64,000 nucleotides of DNA from Candidatus Obscuribacterales bacterium (GTDB taxonomy: Bacteria; Cyanobacteriota; Vampirovibrionia; Obscuribacterales; Obscuribacteraceae): positions 64,001 through 128,000 of the forward strand of contig CBDDIJ010000005.1 in the NCBI GenBank assembly GCA_965228855.1, read 5' to 3'. The notes below the pieces were generated by a model. That model did not search any database and was not told where the DNA came from. It was given only the letters and a program-made list of their open reading frames with translations. Below are positions 27,197-35,965 of this stretch, in pieces. Every line of letters begins with the position of its first letter. The stretch's first letter is position 1. Position numbers and translations under genes: made by a program.

Positions 27197-29407
27197 TTGA
27201 CGGCATCGGCACCTATCGCGAAAGTCACGCAGAAGCACAAAGATGAGCGCATCATGCGCCACAGCGATCATATGTCGACCGCCGCTTTGTGGTGGAAAGT
27301 TGTCTTTCTGATTCCGATCTGGGGCATTATCCCGGTTGCCATATTCGGTTTCGTGATGACGCAGTTCGGCAGCGTGGTATCCGACATCGGCTACATCGTG
27401 GTCCTGGTATGCGGTTTCGCGTACTTCTTCGAGGACATTCTAAAACGGAAGTTCAAAATCGCAGACGGTGTGCTTTACTACGGATATCAAAGCTGGCAGC
27501 TGAGCAATCTAAAGTCGCTTTCAGTCAGCTATGAGACTGACAAAATCGTTCCTAAAGACCTGATTTTCACCTTTCAAAACGGCGACCTCCAGCCATTCGA
27601 ACTCGCTCGCATAGACGCAAAAGATGTACAGTTCATAGTCAAATATGTCGACAGTCATTATCCTCACTGCATCGTCGATTCGACCCTGCGGACGCTGGCT
27701 CGCTGCCAGGAACTCGGTCCGCGCATGCGCAGCTTCGACGCAAATGTCGAGATTCGTTACAACGCTCACCGTGTGCTGACAGACACGTACAAAGGCTTTC
27801 GCGGTTCGCTCGCGAGTTGGTCGCGATTAGGCCCGATGGTGGCCTGGCTGTGCTTCACTCCGATCTGGATTTCCAGCACTATGTTCTTTTATGTAATTCA
27901 CAAGACGGCGCTGCTCAACAATGAAAGCCTAGCAAAGCAGCTGGCATTAACATCTGCCGAGACTTTGAAGGAAATCACGAACACGCTCCAGGGCGGTGTG
28001 ACAAACATCGCAATAGCCGTAGCAAACCCAGTTGTGGCAATGGTCGCCGCATTTATTTCCGTCTTTCTTTTCGTCAAGGCCGTGAAGAATCTGACGGAGC
28101 CGAACCTGCTTGTTCTGGACTCTAACGGCATCACCTTCTATCAAAGTTTCAAACTTTCACGTTTCAAGCTAAATTGGCTCGGCTGGAACGAAGTCAAAAG
28201 TGCATACATGGACCGCCCGGAAAATTCCCAGCCGGACGACTGGATGGTTGTCTTCAAAGATCAAAACGGTAAGAAACTGCGATCACTGGAATACGCCGCT
28301 CTGGATCCAAGAGGCCGAGCCGATCTTTATGAGAGGCTGAAACATTTCGCACCGGCTTGCACAATAACCGCAGACCTTGCTGAAGCTCTGATGCCACAGC
28401 AGAAAGCCAGCTACACAGAACTCTGGCTTCAATCATTAACCGGGTCACCAAACCGCGACAATCTCGATCCTCTTGAAGCAGGCGACCAGCTCAATCAGGG
28501 TCGATATGACGTGGTTATGAAACTGGGCGTAGGCGGTCAAGGTGCAGCTTACCTCTGTCGGGAAAACGCGGCTCTGGATAAATCACACTGCCAGGATGTC
28601 GTTTTAAAGGAAACAATTTTTCCAATCTTCGTGGAGGATTCGGTTCGCAGGCAAGCGCTGGAACGTTTTGAACATGAAGCTCGCACGCTCAATTTACTGT
28701 CACACGATCATATCGTTCGCTTGCTGGATTATTTTGTAGAGGACCACCGCGGCTATCTAGTACTGGAGCACATTGAAGGCCAAAACCTCCGAGACTACGC
28801 CGGCGGCAAACCGATGGAAGAGAAACAGGTTATAGAACTCGCTCTTCAGATGTGCGACATGCTTGAGTATCTTCATGAAAGAAGAGTGTTACACCGAGAT
28901 TTCACACCGGACAATTTAATGCTTGAGCGCTCTGGCACGCTTAAGCTAATCGACTTCAATGTCGCTCAAACTCAAGCGACCGGGTTGACCGGAACAGTCG
29001 TTGGAAAACATGCTTACGTACCGCCTGAACAATTCCGAGGGAAGCCGGTCCCGGCAAGCGACATCTACGCGATGGGCTGCTCGCTGTTCTATCTTCTGTC
29101 GGGTCACGATCCTGCACCGATTACGCAATCAAAGATCGCAGATGAGCGCCCAGAAATAGGCACCGAAATTGATACCATAATTCGTACCTGCACTAACATG
29201 AAAGCCGAAAATCGCTATCAGGATATCCACGCACTGAGAGCCGACCTGAAGAAAGCGCTTGAACGTTTGGATAAAAACGGAAGCACCGTCACCATCAACT
29301 CCAACTCAGAAGAGCGAGTCAAGGTCGCAGTAAATCAGGGCACCACATCCAATACCAGCGACGAGCAATCTGCTCAGGAGGAGCGCACAAGTTTATGGCA
29401 GAGCTAG
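27197..29407 (+). CDS. Membrane Ser/Thr protein kinase with two N-terminal TM-hairpin modules
   Basis: GVGGQG, VVLKE, HRDFTPDN, DFN, GKHAYVPPEQ; two pairs of hydrophobic helices. Confidence 0.9.
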   Translation: MTASAPIAKVTQKHKDERIMRHSDHMSTAALWWKVVFLIPIWGIIPVAIFGFVMTQFGSVVSDIGYIVVLVCGFAYFFEDILKRKFKIADGVLYYGYQSWQLSNLKSLSVSYETDKIVPKDLIFTFQNGDLQPFELARIDAKDVQFIVKYVDSHYPHCIVDSTLRTLARCQELGPRMRSFDANVEIRYNAHRVLTDTYKGFRGSLASWSRLGPMVAWLCFTPIWISSTMFFYVIHKTALLNNESLAKQLALTSAETLKEITNTLQGGVTNIAIAVANPVVAMVAAFISVFLFVKAVKNLTEPNLLVLDSNGITFYQSFKLSRFKLNWLGWNEVKSAYMDRPENSQPDDWMVVFKDQNGKKLRSLEYAALDPRGRADLYERLKHFAPACTITADLAEALMPQQKASYTELWLQSLTGSPNRDNLDPLEAGDQLNQGRYDVVMKLGVGGQGAAYLCRENAALDKSHCQDVVLKETIFPIFVEDSVRRQALERFEHEARTLNLLSHDHIVRLLDYFVEDHRGYLVLEHIEGQNLRDYAGGKPMEEKQVIELALQMCDMLEYLHERRVLHRDFTPDNLMLERSGTLKLIDFNVAQTQATGLTGTVVGKHAYVPPEQFRGKPVPASDIYAMGCSLFYLLSGHDPAPITQSKIADERPEIGTEIDTIIRTCTNMKAENRYQDIHALRADLKKALERLDKNGSTVTINSNSEERVKVAVNQGTTSNTSDEQSAQEERTSLWQS

Positions 29408-30843
29408 CTGTTAAAGCCACATACGATTCTCCCGGAGTTCCGTCAATCCGAACGCTACTGAAGGGCACCTTTCCAATCTGGGGTCTTGTATTTCCGCTCG
29501 TCACAATCATCGGACTTATTCTTATAGTCGGTACATACATATACTATCCAAGCTCCCGAGATCATGCGGACCTGTTCAAGTGCTTCTTTGTCATTATGAG
29601 TTGCTGCGCGACGGCGCTAATTGGTTTGACCGCAACGCGAGTGTTTTCAAAAAACCAATTGATTGTAGATAAAAGCGGTCTGCGCATGCCGATTATGCTG
29701 GATCAACCGTTTGCATCCATGCAATATTTCAACTGGAAAAACATAAGGCGCTTTGATGTTTCCAACGCGGATAAATCGATGGAGAGGAGAGAGCTTTGTA
29801 TTTTCACAGACAGATTTGCACAACCAATCAAGCTTTTCGTGGACAAACTCGATCCAAGTGAAACAGAACAAATTCTTCTCGCCGTAGAACTATGGAGCAA
29901 CGGATGCGAGGTCGGCGAAAATATCACAACATTGCGCTCCGACATAAAGCAACTGGCAAGTGGCTCCAACGAACTGAGCTACACAGATATGTGGGAGGAC
30001 GAGTTGCGGCGTCGATACTGTCCGACGAATTTTCTACCGTTGGAACCGGGGCGGACCCTGAAAAACGGAACTGTCAAAGTAATTCGCCACCTGGCCCTCG
30101 GCGGTCTGGCGGCAATCTACCTGTGCGATCGTGGGGACGGTAAAGACCTTGTCGTAATAAAGGAAGCAGTGATTCCGGAAGACGCGCAGGAAAGCGTCAA
30201 ACAAAAGGCGAAGGAGATGTTCGAGCGCGAAGCGCAGCTCCTCATGAAGCTCGACCACCCCGGCATCGTCAAAGTGTTCGACTATTTTGTTGAAGGCGGC
30301 CGAACATATTTGATGCTGGAATATTTGAACGGGCAAGATATTCGGCAATACGTCCGGCAAAACGGACAGCAACCGGAACACGTAGCCATTGATTGGGGCA
30401 TCAAAATCGCCTCTATCCTTAAGTACCTGCACGAGCAAGAACCGCCAATCATCCACCGCGACCTGACGCCGGACAATCTGGTCGTCACCGAGGACGGTAG
30501 CATCGTCGTCATCGACTTTGGTGCCGCCAATGAATTCATCGGTCAGGCGACTGGCACACTAGTCGGCAAGCAGGCTTACATTTCGCCGGAGCAATTTCGA
30601 GGGAAGGCAATGATCGAGAGCGATGTTTACGCTTTTGGCTGCACTCTGTATTTTCTTTTGACGGGGAAGGAGCCGGAAGCGCTATCCACTTCGAATCCGA
30701 AAGAACTGCGGCCCGACCTTTCGCCCGAGGTTTGTGAACTGGTCGAATGCTGCACTCAAATGGAGCCCGAAGATCGATATCGGTCAGCCCAACCGCTTAT
30801 TCCGGTCCTGCGACGAATCTCGGCAGCGCAAGCGGGCGTTTAA
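29395..30843 (+). CDS. Membrane Ser/Thr protein kinase (paralog of the upstream kinase)
   Basis: ALGGLA, VVIKE, HRDLTPDN, DFG, GKQAYISPEQ; 13-bp overlap with the upstream gene; SD AGGAGG. Confidence 0.92.
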   Translation: MAELAVKATYDSPGVPSIRTLLKGTFPIWGLVFPLVTIIGLILIVGTYIYYPSSRDHADLFKCFFVIMSCCATALIGLTATRVFSKNQLIVDKSGLRMPIMLDQPFASMQYFNWKNIRRFDVSNADKSMERRELCIFTDRFAQPIKLFVDKLDPSETEQILLAVELWSNGCEVGENITTLRSDIKQLASGSNELSYTDMWEDELRRRYCPTNFLPLEPGRTLKNGTVKVIRHLALGGLAAIYLCDRGDGKDLVVIKEAVIPEDAQESVKQKAKEMFEREAQLLMKLDHPGIVKVFDYFVEGGRTYLMLEYLNGQDIRQYVRQNGQQPEHVAIDWGIKIASILKYLHEQEPPIIHRDLTPDNLVVTEDGSIVVIDFGAANEFIGQATGTLVGKQAYISPEQFRGKAMIESDVYAFGCTLYFLLTGKEPEALSTSNPKELRPDLSPEVCELVECCTQMEPEDRYRSAQPLIPVLRRISAAQAGV

Positions 30844-30872
30844 AACAAGCATGCCGGAGTTTAGCCTACAAT

Positions 30873-30907
30873 AAAGCAGGCGTGAGTATAGACTACGCCT
30901 GCATTTT
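30873..30907. terminator. Probable bidirectional terminator
   Basis: AAA-GCAGGCGT...ACGCCTGC-ATTTT between convergent genes. Confidence 0.6.
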
Positions 30908-30946
30908 AGAGCTTCGCGTCGGGCGAAATCGGTTTAAAACCGAAAG

Positions 30947-31189
30947 CTAGACTTGAATTACGCGTTTGATTTCCGGCAGCGCTTCTTTCAGCGCGCGCTC
31001 AACGCCCATCTTCAATGTCATCGTGGAGCTGGGGCACATGCCGCAGGCGCCGAGGAGATGCACGAAAACTTCGCCGTCTTTGACTTCGACGAGTTCGATA
31101 TTGCCGCCGTCCATCATCAACATCGGACGAAGCTTATCAAGCACTTCTTCAACTTGGGCACGGATGCCGTCTTTCACTTGTTCTGTCAT
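30947..31189 (-). CDS. NifU/NfuA-family Fe-S scaffold protein
   Basis: [26 protein letters not shown]; start at ATG 31189 after GAGG. Confidence 0.92.
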   Translation of the reverse strand: MTEQVKDGIRAQVEEVLDKLRPMLMMDGGNIELVEVKDGEVFVHLLGACGMCPSSTMTLKMGVERALKEALPEIKRVIQV

Positions 31190-31401
31190 TACAAAAGAGC
31201 CTCTTATATTGCGTCTGTGGCGGTCCAACCGGTAATCAAGACCGTTCTAACTATATCTTTTATTATCGCCGAGTTTTCAATATTTAAGAAAATCAACGAA
31301 ATGTCTTAACGCAGCATAAAGAGAATGGGGGATTTCCGGTGGATCGGCTATGCTCTCCACAGCCTGTAAAGCCAATCGCCTACCCAAGGAGCATCAACCT
31401 A

Positions 31402-32424
31402 ATGGCAAAAGTAGCAATTAACGGCTTCGGACGCATCGGACGTAACGTTTTCCGCGCGTACCTCGCCAGCCTTCCGAAAGATTTCGAAATCGTCGCAATC
31501 AATGACCCTTTCCAATCGACCGAGCAATCGGCTCACCTCCTCAAATACGACTCAGTTCTCGGCGAACTCAAGAATGAAGTGAAGCATTCAGCCGATGGAC
31601 TCACAGTCGATGGCAAAACCTACTCTTTCTCAGCAGAGAAAGATCCGGCTAACTGCCCGTGGAAAAAACACAACATCGACATCGTTCTCGAGTGCAGCGG
31701 CGCGTTCACCGATGCTGAGAAAGCCAAAGGACACGTCAATGCCGGCGCTAAAAAGGTATTGATCTCCGCACCGGCGAAGAACGAAGACATCACAGTCGTT
31801 CTCGGCGTCAACGAAAAAGATTACGATCCTGAAAAACACAACATCATCTCTAACGCATCGTGCACCACGAACTGCCTGGCGCCTCTCGCAAAAGCAATCG
31901 ATGATGAGTTCGGTATCGAACATGGTTTGATGACCACCATCCACAGCTACACCCTCGATCAACGCCTGCTCGACACCGGTCACTCCGACCTGCGTCGCGC
32001 CCGCGCAGCAGCTATGTCGATGATTCCTTCGTCGACCGGCGCCGCTAAAGCAATCGGTCTGGTCATGCCGCACCTCAAAGGCAAATTGAACGGATTTGCA
32101 ATGCGCGTGCCTACGCCGAACGTATCGGTTGTCGACCTCGTCGCTACCTGCAAGAAGCCGGTAACCGTCGAAGCTGTCAACGAGTGCTTGAAGAAGGCTG
32201 CTGGAGCTAACCTCAAAGGTTACCTCGGCGTCGCACCGGCACCGCTGGTATCGATCGACTTCCAGGGCAACAAACACTCGTCCATCGTTGACGCTGACCT
32301 CACCATGGTTGTCGGCGAAAACATGGTCAAAGTTCTCGCCTGGTACGACAACGAGTGGGGTTACAGCAACCGCCTCGTCGAGCTCTGCTCGCTCGTAGCT
32401 AGCAAATTGGCTGTCAAAGTCTAG
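31402..32424 (+). CDS. gap: Type I glyceraldehyde-3-phosphate dehydrogenase
   Basis: INGFGRIGR, NASCTTNC, WYDNEWGYS; SD AAGGAG before ATG 31402. Confidence 0.97.
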   Translation: MAKVAINGFGRIGRNVFRAYLASLPKDFEIVAINDPFQSTEQSAHLLKYDSVLGELKNEVKHSADGLTVDGKTYSFSAEKDPANCPWKKHNIDIVLECSGAFTDAEKAKGHVNAGAKKVLISAPAKNEDITVVLGVNEKDYDPEKHNIISNASCTTNCLAPLAKAIDDEFGIEHGLMTTIHSYTLDQRLLDTGHSDLRRARAAAMSMIPSSTGAAKAIGLVMPHLKGKLNGFAMRVPTPNVSVVDLVATCKKPVTVEAVNECLKKAAGANLKGYLGVAPAPLVSIDFQGNKHSSIVDADLTMVVGENMVKVLAWYDNEWGYSNRLVELCSLVASKLAVKV

Positions 32425-32440
32425 TTTGGTTATGTGAAAC

Positions 32441-32475
32441 GGAGGGCGAGGCGCGCAGGTGTCTCGCCCTTCTTT
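32441..32475 (+). terminator. Hairpin/terminator between gap and pgk
   Basis: GGAGGGCGAGGCGC-GCAG-GTGTCTCGCCCTTC followed by TTT. Confidence 0.65.
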
Positions 32476-32585
32476 CATAAAGACCTTTTGAAAAACCGTT
32501 TCCGCCTCATGCGCTAAACCGATTTCGGTCATCGAAAAACTTTCAGAAAAACCCACCAAGACCGGCTCATTAAGGATTCATCTCA

Positions 32586-33830
32586 ATGAAAAAGCAAAGT
32601 ATCGCCAGCGTCAAAGAAGACTTGTTCAAAGACAAACGCGTTCTCGTGCGCGTTGACTTCAACGTTCCCCAAAGCAAAACCGACGGCTCCATCACAGACG
32701 ATTCGCGCATCAGAGCAGCGATTCCAACGATTGAACGTCTGGTAGCAAACGGAGCAAAAGTAATTCTGGTATCACATCTGGGGCGCCCAGACGGAAAGAA
32801 GGTCGAGAAATTGACGTTGAAGCCGGTGGCAACTCGCTTGCAAGAACTGCTCAAAGAGAAGTCCGACGTCAAAGTCGATTTCATTGACGAGACGGTGGGT
32901 CCGGAAGTAGAGAAAAAAGTAGACGGAATGAAGTCCGGCGAAATCCTGCTGCTGGAGAACGTCCGCTTCCACGCAGGCGAGGAGAAGAACGACCCCGAGT
33001 TCGTCAAGCAACTGGCAAAACTCGCAGACGTATATGTCAACGACGCGTTTGGAACCGCTCACCGCGCCCACGCAAGCACAGAAGGTGTCGCTCACCTGGT
33101 TCGTCCGGCACTCGCAGGGATGTTGATGGATAAAGAGCTGAAGATGCTTGGCGCAGCACTGGATGATCCGGCAAGACCAGTGGCATGCATCATCGGCGGC
33201 TCCAAAGTCTCCTCAAAAATCGGCGTTCTCGATAACTTGATTCAAAAAGTAGACATCATCATCATCGGCGGTGCCATGGCGTTCACCTTCCTCAAAGCGC
33301 AAGGGAAGAACGTCGGCAAGTCATTGGTCGAAGATGACCGTATGGAGTATTGCAGAGAGCTGGAGAAGAAAGCGAAGGATAAGGGCGTCCGCATCATTCT
33401 TCCAGAAGACGTAGTTTGCGCCGCAGAAATGAAAGAAGGCGTCGAAAGTAAAACAGTAGACGTAGACAATATTCCTGCCGAGCAAATGGGTCTCGATATT
33501 GGACCGAAATCAATCGCGACCGTGAAAGAAGCACTGGAGCCGTGCAAAACGATTCTGTGGAACGGACCGCCCGGGGTTTTTGAAATTCCTGGTTTCGACA
33601 AAGGGACTAACGAGCTTATCGAACAGCTTATCACTCTGACGCGCAAGGGCGCCAAGACCATCATCGGCGGCGGCGATTCAGTGGCAGCACTCCAAAAGAA
33701 AAACGTCCCCGGCGATGCGCTTACGCACATCAGCACCGGCGGTGGTGCCTCGCTCGAGTTTCTCGAAGGGATTGAACTTCCTGGCGTAGCCTGCCTGGAC
33801 GAAGCGGAAACAGCAGCTAAAGCAAAATAG
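32586..33830 (+). CDS. pgk: Phosphoglycerate kinase
   Basis: RVDFNVP, SHLGRP, LLENVRF, DAFGTAHRAHAS, GGGDS, STGGGASLE. Confidence 0.97.
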   Translation: MKKQSIASVKEDLFKDKRVLVRVDFNVPQSKTDGSITDDSRIRAAIPTIERLVANGAKVILVSHLGRPDGKKVEKLTLKPVATRLQELLKEKSDVKVDFIDETVGPEVEKKVDGMKSGEILLLENVRFHAGEEKNDPEFVKQLAKLADVYVNDAFGTAHRAHASTEGVAHLVRPALAGMLMDKELKMLGAALDDPARPVACIIGGSKVSSKIGVLDNLIQKVDIIIIGGAMAFTFLKAQGKNVGKSLVEDDRMEYCRELEKKAKDKGVRIILPEDVVCAAEMKEGVESKTVDVDNIPAEQMGLDIGPKSIATVKEALEPCKTILWNGPPGVFEIPGFDKGTNELIEQLITLTRKGAKTIIGGGDSVAALQKKNVPGDALTHISTGGGASLEFLEGIELPGVACLDEAETAAKAK

Positions 33831-33848
33831 CTCAAGTCACAACAAACT

Positions 33849-33887
33849 AAAACGGCGCCAGAGTCCATATCCTGCGGCGCCGTTTTT
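33849..33887. terminator. Bidirectional terminator between pgk and yihA
   Basis: AAAACGGCGCC...GGCGCCGTTTTT inverted repeat. Confidence 0.7.
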
Positions 33888-33908
33888 CACTATTTGGAGT
33901 TCCTTCGC

Positions 33909-34544
33909 TTATTCGCCGGACAGCCAGCTCGTGAGCTTTCTCGATAATTCATCGACACCGTCGCCTGTAACAGAGGAGAACGTCTGCGCAGTAACGAGAT
34001 CATCAAGACCCGATTTTTTTAGACCCTGCAGAAGCTGGAAAAGCGTGTTCTGCGCGGCTCCTCGCGAAATTTTATCGGATTTCGTCAAAATCATATGCAA
34101 TGGGCGCTGAGAGTCCAGGGCTCTTTTGAGCAGCATCTTGTCCAGATCTTGCATCGGATTCCGAACGTCCATCACCAGCACCAGACCTTTCAAACACTGC
34201 CTCGCATCAAGGTATTCGGTCAAATGCTCCTGCCATCTTTCCTTCATGGCTTGAGAAACTTTTGCGTATCCGTAGCCGGGCAAATCTACGATTCGATAGT
34301 CGGGAGAGCTTTGCAAGGTGAAGAAGTTGATCAGCTGAGTGCATCCGGGACTTTTGCTTGTCCGTGCCAATTTGCTGTTTCTGGTCAACGAGTTAAGTGC
34401 GCTCGATTTGCCGGCGTTTGAGCGCCCTGCAAACGCAACCTCGGCGCCCTGCTCAGGCGGGCATTGTTTGAGGCTTGGCGCGCTCACTAAAAACTTGGCC
34501 GTATTGAAGTTTACCTTGGTCATTCTGCGAAGCTTATCACACAA
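33909..34544 (-). CDS. yihA: Ribosome-biogenesis GTPase YihA/EngB/YsxC
   Basis: G1 GRSNAGKSS, G3 DLPGYGYAK, G4 TKSDK, G5 FSS. The start may be the ATG at 34523. Confidence 0.93.
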   Translation of the reverse strand: MCDKLRRMTKVNFNTAKFLVSAPSLKQCPPEQGAEVAFAGRSNAGKSSALNSLTRNSKLARTSKSPGCTQLINFFTLQSSPDYRIVDLPGYGYAKVSQAMKERWQEHLTEYLDARQCLKGLVLVMDVRNPMQDLDKMLLKRALDSQRPLHMILTKSDKISRGAAQNTLFQLLQGLKKSGLDDLVTAQTFSSVTGDGVDELSRKLTSWLSGE

Positions 34545-34703
34545 TCCCGTCGACTCCGACGAGGAGGCGCGTTTGCGGTCGACAATCTCTGCTTGTCGAG
34601 AGAAACATTTTAAAATAAAACTTCTTTCTTGTGAAAGGCTCGAAACATCACGGCTGAGGTCGCACCACGATCACATACAAGCTGTTAAGGTTATCTATCA
34701 GGA

Positions 34704-35957
34704 ATGCACAAAAACTCAGATAAAAATAACCCGAAATACAAGATGCACATGGCTCTAGGACTCATGTTCCTTACCATGCTCATCGATTTGATCGGCTTTG
34801 GCATCATACTACCGCTCCTGCCGCTGTATGCGAAACAGTTTGGCGCGAGCGGTCTCACGGTGGGACTGTTGCTCATGTCCTACTCGCTGATGCAGTTCTT
34901 CTTCGCTCCAATGTGGGGGCGCCTTTCCGACAAAATCGGCAGACGTCCCGTGCTCATGATCAGCCTGTGCACATCTGCGATCGGCTATGCCATCTGGGGA
35001 CTTTCGGGCTCTCTTGAGATGCTGTTTCTTTCGCGAATTGTCGCGGGTCTTGGAAACGCCAATCTTGCGGTAGCTCAAGCATACGTCGCGGACGTCACAC
35101 CGGAAGAGGAAAGATCGCGCGGTATGGGCATGATTGGTGCCGCATTCGGTCTCGGTTTCGTCCTGGGACCGGCAATCGCAGGTCTGGCAATCGCTTTCGG
35201 CGTCCATCCCAACATTCTTGGTTTCATCGCAGCAGGATTCAGCTTACTCGATTTGATCTTCACGGCAATTTACCTGCCTGAGCCGGAGCATCGAAAACAA
35301 AACCAACACAATCCGTTTTCCCTTGGCGCCGGATTTTACTTTCAAACACTGGCCAATCACAAGTACACGCTGTCACTGCTCATCATGTTCATATCCACGT
35401 TCGCTTTTGCGAATATGGAAACAACGCTTGTACTGCTGACCAGCGAATACTACAACTTCGACATGAAGCAGAACAGTTATTTGTTCACCGGGCTTGGAAT
35501 CGTGATGGTTTTCGTTCAAGGCGGTTTGATCCGCCGCATCGGCAAGATTTATCCCGATTCGAAATTGATTAGCGTTGGAACCGGTCTGCTCGCGCTCGGT
35601 CTGATTCTCACACCGATAACACACAACCTTGTTGTTTTGTGCATCGCCCTTTGCATTCTTGCCACCGGATCCGGTATCAACAATCCATCGAATTCCAGCC
35701 TGCTCTCTAAGCTCGCGCCCCGAGAGGAAACGGGTGGCGTGATGGGCATCGGACAATCAATGTCCACTCTAGGACGTATCCTGGGGCCAGTAGTGGGCGG
35801 CTATCTTTTCGACACCATGGGCGCAGCCAGCCCCTACTGGGTTGGCGCGGCCGTAATGCTCATCGCATTCGCCTTGAGTTTCAAACTACCCACCATTGTC
35901 AAAACCGACGTCATCAATGCAGCGCCGCAAGTTGCCGAAACATCGGATCAAACCTAG
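34704..35957 (+). CDS. MFS transporter (TetA/DHA1-like)
   Basis: Motif A GRLSDKIGRR, motif C GAAFGLGFVLGP; about 12 TM helices. Confidence 0.92.
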   Translation: MHKNSDKNNPKYKMHMALGLMFLTMLIDLIGFGIILPLLPLYAKQFGASGLTVGLLLMSYSLMQFFFAPMWGRLSDKIGRRPVLMISLCTSAIGYAIWGLSGSLEMLFLSRIVAGLGNANLAVAQAYVADVTPEEERSRGMGMIGAAFGLGFVLGPAIAGLAIAFGVHPNILGFIAAGFSLLDLIFTAIYLPEPEHRKQNQHNPFSLGAGFYFQTLANHKYTLSLLIMFISTFAFANMETTLVLLTSEYYNFDMKQNSYLFTGLGIVMVFVQGGLIRRIGKIYPDSKLISVGTGLLALGLILTPITHNLVVLCIALCILATGSGINNPSNSSLLSKLAPREETGGVMGIGQSMSTLGRILGPVVGGYLFDTMGAASPYWVGAAVMLIAFALSFKLPTIVKTDVINAAPQVAETSDQT

Positions 35958-35965
35958 CGACATTC

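Noticed and set aside
31630..32559. 309-aa ORF antisense to gap
   Set aside because: Typical antisense open frame of a strongly codon-biased gene; the same applies to those opposite pgk.
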